In this document: positions 12,544 to 22,514 of the stretch, one piece after another
Layout: each line of letters begins with the position of its first letter
How positions within the stretch are numbered: the first letter of the stretch is position 1
Source of the DNA: Macrostomum lignano
Lineage: Eukaryota
NCBI GenBank assembly: GCA_002269645.1
Contig: NIVC01000819.1
Span: 124,001 to 188,000 of the forward strand
DNA: 64,000 bases
Direction of reading: 5' to 3'
Translations under genes and position numbers: made by a program
The notes under the pieces: generated by a model
Seen by the model: the letters and a program-made list of their open reading frames with translations, nothing else
Told to the model about the DNA's origin: nothing
Databases searched by the model: none

Positions 12544-14180
12544 TGTAAACAATCATAGAAGCGTCATGTAAACAATCATAGAAGCGTCATGTAAAAAATC
12601 ATAGAAATGCCATGTAAAAAATCATAGAAGCGTCATGTAAAAAATCATAGAAGCGTCATGTAAAAAATCGTAGAAGCGTTATATAAAAATCATAGAAGCG
12701 TCATGTAAAAAATCGTAGAAGCGTCATAATAACAATCATAGAAGCGTCATGTAAACAATCATAGAAGCGTCATGTAAAAAAATCATAAAAGCGTCATGTA
12801 AAAAATCATAGAAGCGTCATGTAAACAATCATAGAAGCGTCATATAAAAATCATAGAAGCGTCATGTAAACAATCATAGAAGCGTCATATAAAAATCATA
12901 AAAGCGTCATGTAAACAATCATAGAAGCGTCATGTAAACAATCATAGAAGCGTCATATAAAAATCATAGAAGCGTCATGTAAAAAATCATAGAAGCGTCA
13001 TGTAAAAAATCGTAGAAGCGTCATATAAAAATCATAGAAGCGTCATGTAAAAAATCGTAGAAGCGTCATAATAACAATCATAGAAGCGTCATGTAAACAA
13101 TCATAGAAGCGTCATGTAAAAAATCAGATAAGCGTCATGTAAACAATCATAGAAGCGTCATGTAAACAATCATAGAAGCGTCATATAAAAATCATAGAAG
13201 CGTCATGTAAAAAATCATAGAAGCGTCATGTAAAAAATCGTAGAAGCGTCATATAAAAATCATAGAAGCGTCATGTAAAAAATCGTAGAAGCGTCATAAT
13301 AACAATCATAGAAGCGTCACGTAAAAAATCATAGAAGCGTCATGTAAAAAATCGTAGAAGCGTCATATAAAAATCATAGAAGCGTCATGTAAACAATCAT
13401 AGAAGCGTCATGTAAACAATCATAGAAGCGTCATGTAAACAATCATAGAAGCGTCATGTAAACAATCATAGAAGCGTCATGTAAACAATCATAGAAGCGT
13501 CATGTAAACAATCATAGAAGCGTCATGTAAACAATCATAAAAGCGTCATGTAAAAAATCATAGAAATGCCATGTAAAAAATCATAGAAGCGTCATGTAAA
13601 AAATCATAGAAGCGTCATGTAAAAAATCGTAGAAGCGTCATATAAAAATCATAGAAGCGTCATGTAAAAAATCGTAGAAGCGTCATAATAACAATCATAG
13701 AAGCGTCATGTAAACAATCATAGAAGCGTCATGTAAAAAATCATAAAAGCGTCATGTAAAAAATCATAGAAGCGTCATGTAAACAATCATAGAAGCGTCA
13801 TATAAAAATCATAGAAGCGTCATGTAAACAATCATAGAAGCGTCATATAAAAATCATAAAAGCGTCATGTAAACAATCATAGAAGCGTCATGTAAAAAAT
13901 CATAGAAGCGTCATATAAAAATCATAGAAGCGTCATGTAAACAATCATAGAAGCGTCATGTAAAGATCATAGAAGCGTCATGTAAACAATCATAGAAGCG
14001 TCATATAAAAATCATAGAAGCGTCATGTAAAAAATCATAGAAGCGTCATGTAAAAAATCAGATAAGCGTCATGTAAACAATCATAGAAGCGTCATGTAAA
14101 CAATCATAGAAGCGTCATATAAAAATCATAGAAGCGTCATGTAAAAAATCATAGAAGCGTCAAGAAAAAATCATAGAAGC
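12544..14180 (+). repeat. Satellite A, right part
   Basis: It resumes with |TGTAAACAATC, exactly completing the unit interrupted at 3487. Confidence 0.97.
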
Positions 14181-14869
14181 CTTATTTAAAAACTAATGAA
14201 AGTGTCATTTAAAAAATTAAGAAGCATCATGGTAGAATGGTATATGGTAGAGTCATGTAAAAAATAAAAGTAGCACTACGTATACATAAAAGAAAAGTCA
14301 TGTCGAAGTTAAAAGATTCATTTGGGAATTGCTACGAGGTCAAAGCTTGGTGGAAATCGTTATAGTGCTGTGATTCTTAAAGAAGGAATCACTAAAATGT
14401 CAAGGCTTAGGGGAGAAGAATTGCTGAGATTTCAAGGCTTTAGGTTGGGTTAAAGTTAGGTTTAGGTCAGGTGTGGGTTGAGGGTTAGATTTTATCGGGT
14501 TTCAAGGTTAACAGAATAACAGGGGATTTTTTAGATTTCAAGGTTTATGGGGGCCATCGCTGACATGTTAAGGCTTACGGGGGAATAGCTGAGATGTCAA
14601 GGCTCACGGGGTATAAATGAGATTTCAAGGCTAAAGTCAGAAGCTACATGTAGTTTATTGAAAACTTTTTATTACATTATTTGATGCCTCCTCAGGGGAG
14701 GGATCGCTGATAGAAAAAGCATAATGTAAAAAATAAAAGAAGCTTCATGTCGAAGTTAAGAGATTCATTTGGGAATCCCTACGATGTCGAGGCTTGCAGG
14801 GAATCGCTATAATGCTGTAGTAGTGCTATAATGACTTTTAGAGAGAATTATTACTGAAATTTCAATGCT

Positions 14870-14944
14870 TTAGGGTTAGGTTAGGGTTAGGGTTAGGGTT
14901 AGGGTTAGGGTTAGGGCTAGGGTTAGGCTAGGGTTAGGGTTAGA
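14870..14944 (+). repeat. Interstitial telomeric repeat (TTAGGG)~12 with variants; degenerate tract at ~14440-14490
   Basis: Directly visible, about 200 bp before the host 3' CTAG. Confidence 0.92.
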
Positions 14945-15147
14945 AGGTTGACAGATTTTTTAAGATTTCAAGGCTTATGGGGCATAGCTAAGATGTCAAG
15001 GGGGTTGATATGCTTAGGCTTGTGGGGGGGATTTTCTGACATGTCAAGGCTTACAATGTACAATGCAAAGAGACGCTTTCATGTAGTTTATTAAAAAAAC
15101 TTGTACTGAATTTTTTTGGCTCCCCAACGGGGGGCGCTGATTGCTAG

Positions 15148-15430
15148 TTCTCTTCTCTACTCTCTCCTCTCCTTCTCCTCCCCTCCCCCCTCTTCTCTCC
15201 TTTTCTCCTCTCCTCTCCTCTCCTCCCTTCTCCTCTCTTCTCTTCTCTACTCTCTCCTCTCCTCTCCTCTCCTCCCTTCTGCTCTCTTCTCCTCTCCTCT
15301 ACTATCCTCTCCTCTCCTCTTCTCTTCTCCTCTCCTCTCCTTCTCCTCCCCTCTCCCCTCTTCTCTCCTTTTCTCCTCTCCTCTCCTCTTCTCTCGTCTC
15401 CTCTCTTCTCCTCTCCCCTCCTCCTTTCCT
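15148..15430 (+). repeat. CT-rich simple repeat (CTCTC/CTT)
   Basis: Polypyrimidine tract starting immediately after CTAG|T. Confidence 0.9.
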
Positions 15431-15569
15431 CCGGCCCGCAGTCATGCTCTAAGGTATTTTTTCGACCCTGAACCCTAGATTTTCTAAGAATTCTTTCAAT
15501 ATTACACTCGTATTTGAGAAGCTCCACCATTGTCTGTCAAGCAGTACTCAATGAATTCTCCCCGCCTCT

Positions 15570-16061
15570 GTGTCAGCCACCGCTTCCGGAATTTCACCAG
15601 ACGACGACCAGCTGGTGACACTGATTGACAGCGGCGGCCTGCTTCAAGGCAGCCGGCACTCGCTGCACGGCCTGGCGGAGCCATGCGAGCGGCACCCTCG
15701 CCAGTTCCAGCCGCAGCCGGGCAACGCAAATCGCACAACCTACCTGATCGTGTCCGTGCTCACCGCTGTGTTCATCAACCTGCCGTTCGGCCTGGCTGCC
15801 CTGGCCTGCTCAGTCCGCTCGCACTCCGAGCTGGTGACGGCGCTGGCGATGCAGCAGCAGCTGATCCTTCAAGAGCAGCAGCGCGGCCGCAGCTCGCAGG
15901 ACTCGGCTGGGCGAGCTCACCAGCAGAGGCGACGCCTCCGACGAGCTCGACTGTTGGGCAGAGCGGCTCTGTGCGTGAGCCTCACTGGCATTGTCGTGAG
16001 CATGACAACCGTCATCGCTATGTTCACGAGCGGCCTGATTAAGTCCACCCTCTATAGCTGA
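15570..16061 (+). CDS. CD225/dispanin (IFITM/PRRT-like) membrane protein, probably a terminal exon
   Basis: TYLIVSVLTAVFINLPFGLAALACSVRS ... RARLLGRAALCVSLTGIVV fits the two-hydrophobic-segment CD225 pattern. There is no ATG at the ORF start (GTG, with an in-frame TGA at 15552). Candidate acceptors are TGTCAG| (15576) and TTTCACCAG| (15600). Confidence 0.65.
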   Translation: MSATASGISPDDDQLVTLIDSGGLLQGSRHSLHGLAEPCERHPRQFQPQPGNANRTTYLIVSVLTAVFINLPFGLAALACSVRSHSELVTALAMQQQLILQEQQRGRSSQDSAGRAHQQRRRLRRARLLGRAALCVSLTGIVVSMTTVIAMFTSGLIKSTLYS

Positions 16062-16949
16062 ACAGGCCTGGATATCAACATCAGCCTAGACTCGTTTGTC
16101 AAAGAATGTCTCAAGAAAGCCATGATGCTGAAGCGGGAAATTTAGGCATAAAAAAACATTTCATAAACTTTCTTGCCAGCCTGTTATGCGTTTGAAATTC
16201 TGCGCGATGCGACTATTCTCTAATTCAATTTAACACTGTGTTGTAAAGTTTTCGTCCTACTATCAATAGTATAAATCGGTCTGTAATCAAAAATTTTTAT
16301 TGTTGCAAATGGTGCATCAAATTTGCATCTTTGAGAATCGGAGAGAGATTAGGCGATGCTTGAGTCTCCCAAAATTTTTAGATTGCCCGAAGCACCCTCA
16401 CCCCTCTGTGTCTTGGCTTCCTAGGTTTCAATGCTCAGTTGAGTAGCGACTGTCTCAGAAGGAGTGTCTGACTTGCCAACTTGAGACAAAGCTTCAATAA
16501 AGTCCTTATCTAAATCATCAAGTATTACTCAAGAATCCATAAGTTGTCCTGAGATCTTGCAGCGAGCCCAGTTGGTAACTCTGCATAATAGAGAGCTCAA
16601 TGCAGTGGCGGTTCTGAAGCTTTCCATGCATTTACAATACTTTTGCAAAATTTTCAAAGTGGGAACCATCCTGTTGAAGGTTCCGCAGCTTGCCTCGGAA
16701 AATTTTGGTGCGCGCTCAGACAAGGACTTCTAGATAATAGGATTATCTAAAAGTCCTTGGCTCAGGCACACAAGGCTGTCAATATAAGACAAGTAGCACA
16801 TGGGTTCTGCTCGACAACCCTCTCGTTAATTCGGTGCATTATGCTAAAACCCAACATTATTGGTGTATTGTATCAACAAGGGTCGCCGCTAGAAAGAAGT
16901 TCGTCGAGATAGCATTAAATGCTACCAATTTTGTGTTGCCGAAGGATAA

Positions 16950-19400
16950 ATACAAGGACTGGAAGAACTGCTGAGATGTCGAGGCTTACTGGGAGAACTG
17001 CTGAGATGTCGAGGCTTACTGGGAGAACTGCTGAGATGTCGAGGCTTACTGGGAGAACTGCTGAGATGTCGAGGCTTACTGGGAGAACTGCTGAGATGTC
17101 GAGGCTTACTGGGAGAACTGATGAGATGTCGAGGCTTACTGGAAGAACTGCTGAGATGTCGAGGCTTACTGGTACTGGGAGAACTGCTGAGATGTCGAGG
17201 CTTACTGGGAGAACTGCTGAGATGTCGAGGCTTACTGGGAGAACTGCTGAGATGTCGAGGCTTACTGGGAGAACTGATGAGATGTCGAGGCTTACTGGGA
17301 GAATTGCTGAGATGTCGAGGCTTACTGGTACTGGGAGAACTGCTGAGATGTCGAGGCTTACTGGGAGAACTGCTGAGATGTCGAGGCTTACTGGTACTGG
17401 GAGAACTGCTGAGATGTCGAGGCTTACTGGGAGAACTGCTGAGATGTCGAGGCTTACTGGTACTGGGAGAACTGCTGAGATGTCGAGGCTTACTGGGAGA
17501 ACTGCTGAGATGTCGAGGCTTACTGGGAGAATTGCTGAGATGTCGAGGCTTACTGGGAGAACTACTGAGATGTCGAGGCTTACTGGTACTGGGAGAACTG
17601 CTGAGATGTCGAGGCTTACTGGGAGAACTGCTGAGATGTCGAGGCTTACTGGGAGAACTGCTGAGATGTCGAGGCTTACTGGGAGAACTGCTGAGATGTC
17701 GAGGCTTACTGGGAGAACTGCTGAGATGTCGAGGCTTACTGGGAGAACTGATGAGATGTCGAGGCTTACTGGAAGAACTGCTGAGATGTCGAGGCTTACT
17801 GGTACTGGGAGAACTGCTGAGATGTCGAGGCTTACTGGGAGAACTGCTGAGATGTCGAGGCTTACTGGGAGAACTGCTGAGATGTCGAGGCTTACTGGTA
17901 CTGGGAGAACTGCTGAGATGTCGAGGCTTACTGGGAGAACTGCTGAGATGTCGAGGCTTACTGGGAGAATTGCTGAGATGTCGAGGCTTACTGGGAGAAC
18001 TGCTGAGATGTCGAGGCTTACTGGTACTGGGAGAACTGCTGAGATGTCGAGGCTTACTGGGAGAACTGCTGAGATGTCGAGGCTTACTGGGAGAACTGCT
18101 GAGATGTCGAGGCTTACTGGGAGAACTGCTGAGATGTCGAGGCTTACTGGGAGAACTGCTGAGATGTCGAGGCTTACTGGGAGAACTGATGAGATGTCGA
18201 GGCTTACTGGGAGAACTGATGAGATGTCGAGGCTTACTGGAAGAACTGCTGAGATGTCGAGGCTTACTGGTACTGGGAGAACTGCTGAGATGTCGAGGCT
18301 TACTGGGAGAACTGCTGAGATGTCGAGGCTTACTGGGAGAACTGCTGAGATGTCGAGGCTTACTGGGAGAACTGATGAGATGTCGAGGCTTACTGGGAGA
18401 ATTGCTGAGATGTCGAGGCTTACTGGTACTGGGAGAACTGCTGAGATGTCGAGGCTTACTGGGAGAACTGCTGAGATGTCGAGGCTTACTGGTACTGGGA
18501 GAACTGCTGAGATGTCGAGGCTTACTGGGAGAACTGCTGAGATGTCGAGGCTTACTGGTACTGGGAGAACTGCTGAGATGTCGAGGCTTACTGGGAGAAC
18601 TGCTGAGATGTCGAGGCTTACTGGGAGAATTGCTGAGATGTCGAGGCTTACTGGGAGAACTACTGAGATGTCGAGGCTTACTGGTACTGGAGAACTGCTG
18701 AGATGTCGAGGCTTACTGGGAGAACTGCTGAGATGTCGAGGCTTACTGGGAGAACTGCTGAGATGTCGAGGCTTACTGGGAGAACTGCTGAGATGTCGAG
18801 GCTTACTGGGAGAACTGCTGAGATGTCGAGGCTTACTGGGAGAACTGATGAGATGTCGAGGCTTACTGGAAGAACTGCTGAGATGTCGAGGCTTACTGGT
18901 ACTGGGAGAACTGCTGAGATGTCGAGGCTTACTGGGAGAACTGCTGAGATGTCGAGGCTTACTGGGAGAACTGCTGAGATGTCGAGGCTTACTGGGAGAA
19001 CTGATGAGATGTCGAGGCTTACTGGGAGAATTGCTGAGATGTCGAGGCTTACTGGTACTGGGAGAACTGCTGAGATGTCGAGGCTTACTGGGAGAACTGC
19101 TGAGATGTCGAGGCTTACTGGTACTGGGAGAACTGCTGAGATGTCGAGGCTTACTGGGAGAACTGCTGAGATGTCGAGGCTTACTGGTACTGGGAGAACT
19201 GCTGAGATGTCGAGGCTTACTGGGAGAACTGCTGAGATGTCGAGGCTTACTGGGAGAATTGCTGAGATGTCGAGGCTTACTGGGAGAACTACTGAGATGT
19301 CGAGGCTTACTGGTACTGGGAGAACTGCTGAGATGTCGAGGCTTACTGGGAGAACTGCTGAGATGTCGAGGCTTACTGGGAGAACTGCTGAGATGTCGAA
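16950..19400 (+). repeat. Satellite E, 30-bp unit GAGATGTCGAGGCTTACTGGGAGAACTGCT with 36-bp (+GGTACT) variants
   Basis: Visible array of about 80 units. Diagnostic variants recur in blocks. Confidence 0.97.
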
Positions 19401-19707
19401 CTGCCTGCATCTGTCCTCTCAACTCAACCTGTCGCTAAATCTATTTTTAGTCGGCCAAGTTTGAGCCTTGCAACTGGAGCAGCCAAGAAGTCTGTGAGCG
19501 GCGCTGTTTCTCCGACGCCACCCATAAGAATAAAGACAAATAGTCAGTCATCAATTTGCTCATCCACAATTCACGTTTTTCCCTAGTTGCAAACTTTAGA
19601 TTTGGTTACTGCGATTGACCTGTGTGAGTCGTACAGAATAGGGTAAGCTATATTGAGTGTACCGAGTACACTGACTCTTGAGTACGAATTGTTCTGCAGT
19701 GTAAGAC

Positions 19708-20145
19708 TTGTGGCATTACAATGGGTCGCCATCATAACCCGAAATATCACAAACCCGAAAACTAAAATAGCATTGAGAGCTGCTAGCACTTTCGGAATTA
19801 TGATTTTTCGGATTTATAATATTTCGGGCTCATAATGGAAAGTGCTTTTTTTGGAGTTGTGATATTTCGGCTTTGCGATATTTCGGGTTTGTTATATTTC
19901 GGCTTTGCGATATTTCAGGTTTGTGATATTTCGGGTTTGCGATATTTCGGGTTTGTGATATTTCGGGTTTGTGATATTTCGGGTTTGCGATATTTCGGGT
20001 TTGCGATATTTCGGGTTTGCGATATTTCGGGTTTGTGATATTTCGGGTTTGTGATATTTCGGGTTTGCGATATTTCGTTCATAATGGAAAGCGCTTTTTT
20101 GGACTTGTGATATTTCGGGCTTATGATGCCCGCCATTGCCACAAT
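19708..20145. mobile_element. Fold-back/MITE-like element with ~25-35-bp imperfect terminal inverted repeats and an internal 16-bp tandem repeat (GATATTTCGGGTTTGT)
   Basis: The left end CAATGGGTCGCCATCATAACCCGAAATATCAC mirrors the right end GTGATATTTCGGGCTTATGATGCCCGCCATTG. No clear TSD. Confidence 0.55.
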
Positions 20146-20192
20146 TACATTTGTGAAGTGATTGGTTTGTTCCAACGATCGCTTGTCCTGCC

Positions 20193-21024
20193 TCAGCCGT
20201 GCACTTTCGTCCAGATTGAACTCGCCTCGCTGGCGACCTCGCTGGGCACAGCGGCGAATCTCATGAGGTGGCACATCCGGCTGGACTGCACGAAGGCGCA
20301 GGCGAGGCAGTCCGGGCTGCGGTGGCAGGCGGCCGCGCACTCGATGGCGTTGGCGGTTTTCAGACTGGCCAGGGTGGCGTTTGATGAGGCTGGCGGGTCA
20401 ATCATCTTGTTGAAGATGCCAGCGGCTGACACTGGGAATTTGGATGAAGCAAAATCTTTTCCGCATAGATACCCATACATGTACGCTCGTATCATATAAC
20501 TAAATCTGTGGAAGTCAGTCAATCAGTCCGCGTGTATTCATGCGCTCACCAGGAGACGGCTTATCCGAAGTTGGATCTGCTGTCGGAGTCGCATAGACAT
20601 TCTCGTAGACGGAGTTCCGGGCCCCGCCGCCGCATTTCTCAGCAGAGTTTCCGGTGCACGGGAAGCTGCACTGCGACTCCGGCGCGGTGCCGTACAGTCC
20701 GTACTTGTTGTCGCAGCTGCAGTCGTGATAGTTCTGCAGAGCGAAGTAGCGGAAGCTGCCCAGCGAGCAGATGTGGCTGCACAGAGCCACCGTCAGGTCG
20801 GACATTCGCTTCACAAAAGCCTGGACAGAGTTCACCGTGTACTCTCCGATGCTGCTCATGCCAGACAGGCCGTCCAGGTCGCGGACTCCGAGCGGGTTGT
20901 CCACATAGCAGCCGATGTAGCTGGTGGAGGCCACGGTGCTGGCTTCGAGAGCGGCGGCCGAGGTGAACACCGCCACCAGCTTCAGCAGCAGCGATGTGGC
21001 TAGCAGCTGTCTCAGAGCGGTCAT
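20193..21024 (-). CDS. Secreted WSC-domain + PAN/Apple-domain protein (2 exons)
   Basis: Signal peptide MTALRQLLATSLLLKLVAVFTSAAA. WSC motifs YIGCY...LTVALCSHIC...FALQNYHDCSCDN...CSFPCTGNSAEKCGG..NSVY. PAN-like ECAAACHRSPDCLACAFVQSSRMCHL. Model: 21024-20550 / 20431-20193 (phase-1 intron, acceptor TTCCCAG). Confidence 0.8.
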
Positions 21025-21289
21025 ACTCACGTATCAGAAGATTTCAAGAGTTAAAATATGACTCAACAAGCTTTGAGAATTTTTAAACATTCCGTCTTAA
21101 ACTAAATCTCTCTGTCTGAAGGCATCTTGAGCAGAGGGATGATTGAGCTCTCAGCCAATCGCAGAGTGGGAGAGAGGAGAGTTAGAGAGGGGACTGGAAG
21201 ATTCGTCTCGGTTTCATCAAAACTAAGCACCTTTGAAGATGCGAGCATAGCTAGGTTTCGATACTATCGATTGTTGGCGTCATTTAACA

Positions 21290-21605
21290 TGTTACCATTT
21301 CATCTGCAGTTTACCATTTCATCTGCAGTTTACCATTTCATCTGCAGTTTACCATTTCATTTGCAGTTTACCATTTCATCTGCAGTTTACCATTTCATCT
21401 GCAGTTTACTATTTCATCTGCAGTTTACTATTTCATCTGCAGTTTACCATTTCATCTGCAGTTTACTATTTCATCTGCAGTTTACCATTTCATCTGCAGT
21501 TTACCATTTCATCTGCAGTTTACCATTTCATCTGCAGTTTATCATTTCATCTGCAGTTTACCATTTCATCTCCCGTTTACCATTTCATCTGCAGTTTACC
21601 ATTTC
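21290..21605 (+). repeat. 19-bp minisatellite CATTTCATCTGCAGTTTAC
   Basis: Visible tandem array. Confidence 0.93.
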
Positions 21606-22361
21606 ATTTCTAGTTTACCGATTACGTTACAAATGTAACTTTTTTGACGCTGTTTTTGTTTTTTGACGGAAGTGATCCCCATTAATTTGCTATTTTATAG
21701 ACGCAGAAGCACTGAATGCAGCTGCGCCACTCGCTCTCACCATCGCGACGCTAATGTCCAGTTAGGCACAATTCTGAGCCGCAACTGAGTCTCGAAGTTG
21801 GCCAGCTTCCACACCTGATTGGCCGGAAGAAGGCGCCGTAGAGCAGCCGGGTCACGTGACTGCCGGAGGACCGCGGCTCCTAGAGGCATCGTTGCACAGC
21901 CAGCAGACAGCGGCCGGCCGCCAATTTCACCACGGAAACAGCGAGGCGCTGGATGTGAGATCAGGGTCACCAATTCGGATGCCAGGGTCACTGCACCATG
22001 CTCCCAAGAACATCTTAAGAAGCCCTTGCATGCACCCCGCGGCCAGTGTACCTCGTACTCATATGTATTGTCAGCAAAGCGCAACATGTGTCGTAAACAT
22101 GCATGTATACAATTATGTAGACTGTATTTTTGTACATTTACACGTAGCGGATCGTCAGCTAGGCCACCAAGGGCATAGTCAAATATTGTTGGTTAATTGT
22201 GGAGTTCGGTATAGATGAAAACCCAAAAATACGAGCGTACTTACAAGGAGCAGGCGAAGCCTTCATGGAAGAGTTTTGATAATTTTTCCAAGCCTGAGAT
22301 TTCAAACAAGGCATCGCATGCAAAAAAGTCGATCCATGCTAACTTCCTCCCCGAACCAAGC

Positions 22362-22514
22362 CAAGGACCACTAAAAAAAGTTACCGCGGTAATTGCAACC
22401 CCCAGAGCCCCACCAGGGCTGATCCGCGGGAAGCTAGCTCTTTCCCCCCGTTTAATTAACAACTTTAACAATTGCAACACTAGACGATACAACGGAAACA
22501 TCTAGTGGTCCTTG
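22362..22514. mobile_element. 153-bp hAT-type MITE
   Basis: Perfect 12-bp TIRs CAAGGACCACTA (22362-22373) / TAGTGGTCCTTG (22503-22514), flanked by a perfect 8-bp TSD AACCAAGC (22354-22361, 22515-22522). Confidence 0.85.

Larger units (their letters stand above)
1..15147 (+). mobile_element. Host non-autonomous Helitron-like element (5' end lies upstream of the window); satellite A + telomere-containing flank + 3' hairpin-CTAG
   Basis: The 3' terminus reads GCTCCCC-AAC-GGGGGGC (hairpin, about 15119-15135), then GCTGATTG-CTAG (15144-15147), followed by T. The same terminus architecture is seen at 3488 and 8108 on the minus strand. Segment 14180-15060 is the reverse complement of 8560-9680 in element 2. 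No RepHel ORF is present. Confidence 0.75.

Noticed and set aside
14870-14944. True chromosome end or telomere fusion
   Set aside because: The tracts are short, sit at the same position in two element copies and are flanked by ordinary sequence. The opposite orientations follow from element orientation.
8560-15060. A single giant TIR (Foldback/Polinton-like) element defined by the 8.6-10.3 kb vs 12.5-15.1 kb inversion
   Set aside because: The inversion is explained by a minus-strand Helitron inserted into a plus-strand relative, with base-precise A|T junctions.
1-15147. CRISPR-like or autonomous Helitron interpretation
   Set aside because: The arrays have no unique spacers and the DNA is eukaryotic. 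No Rep/helicase (HUH, PIF1) ORF is present, so the elements are non-autonomous.
16915-19464. 835/839-aa ORFs on both strands
   Set aside because: They are translations of a 30/36-bp stop-free satellite, open in several frames on both strands and broken by a 1-bp deletion at about 18689. There is no non-repetitive domain or splice context.
20506-20549. 44-nt intron using the CACAG acceptor at 20506 in the WSC-PAN gene
   Set aside because: A phase mismatch with the donor leads to an immediate stop. The acceptor at 20432 keeps the frame.
21737-22505. ORFs of 86-120 aa on both strands
   Set aside because: No recognisable domain. One runs through the hAT MITE. The GC-rich part could hide a 5' exon of the coiled-coil gene, but I could not build a consistent model.
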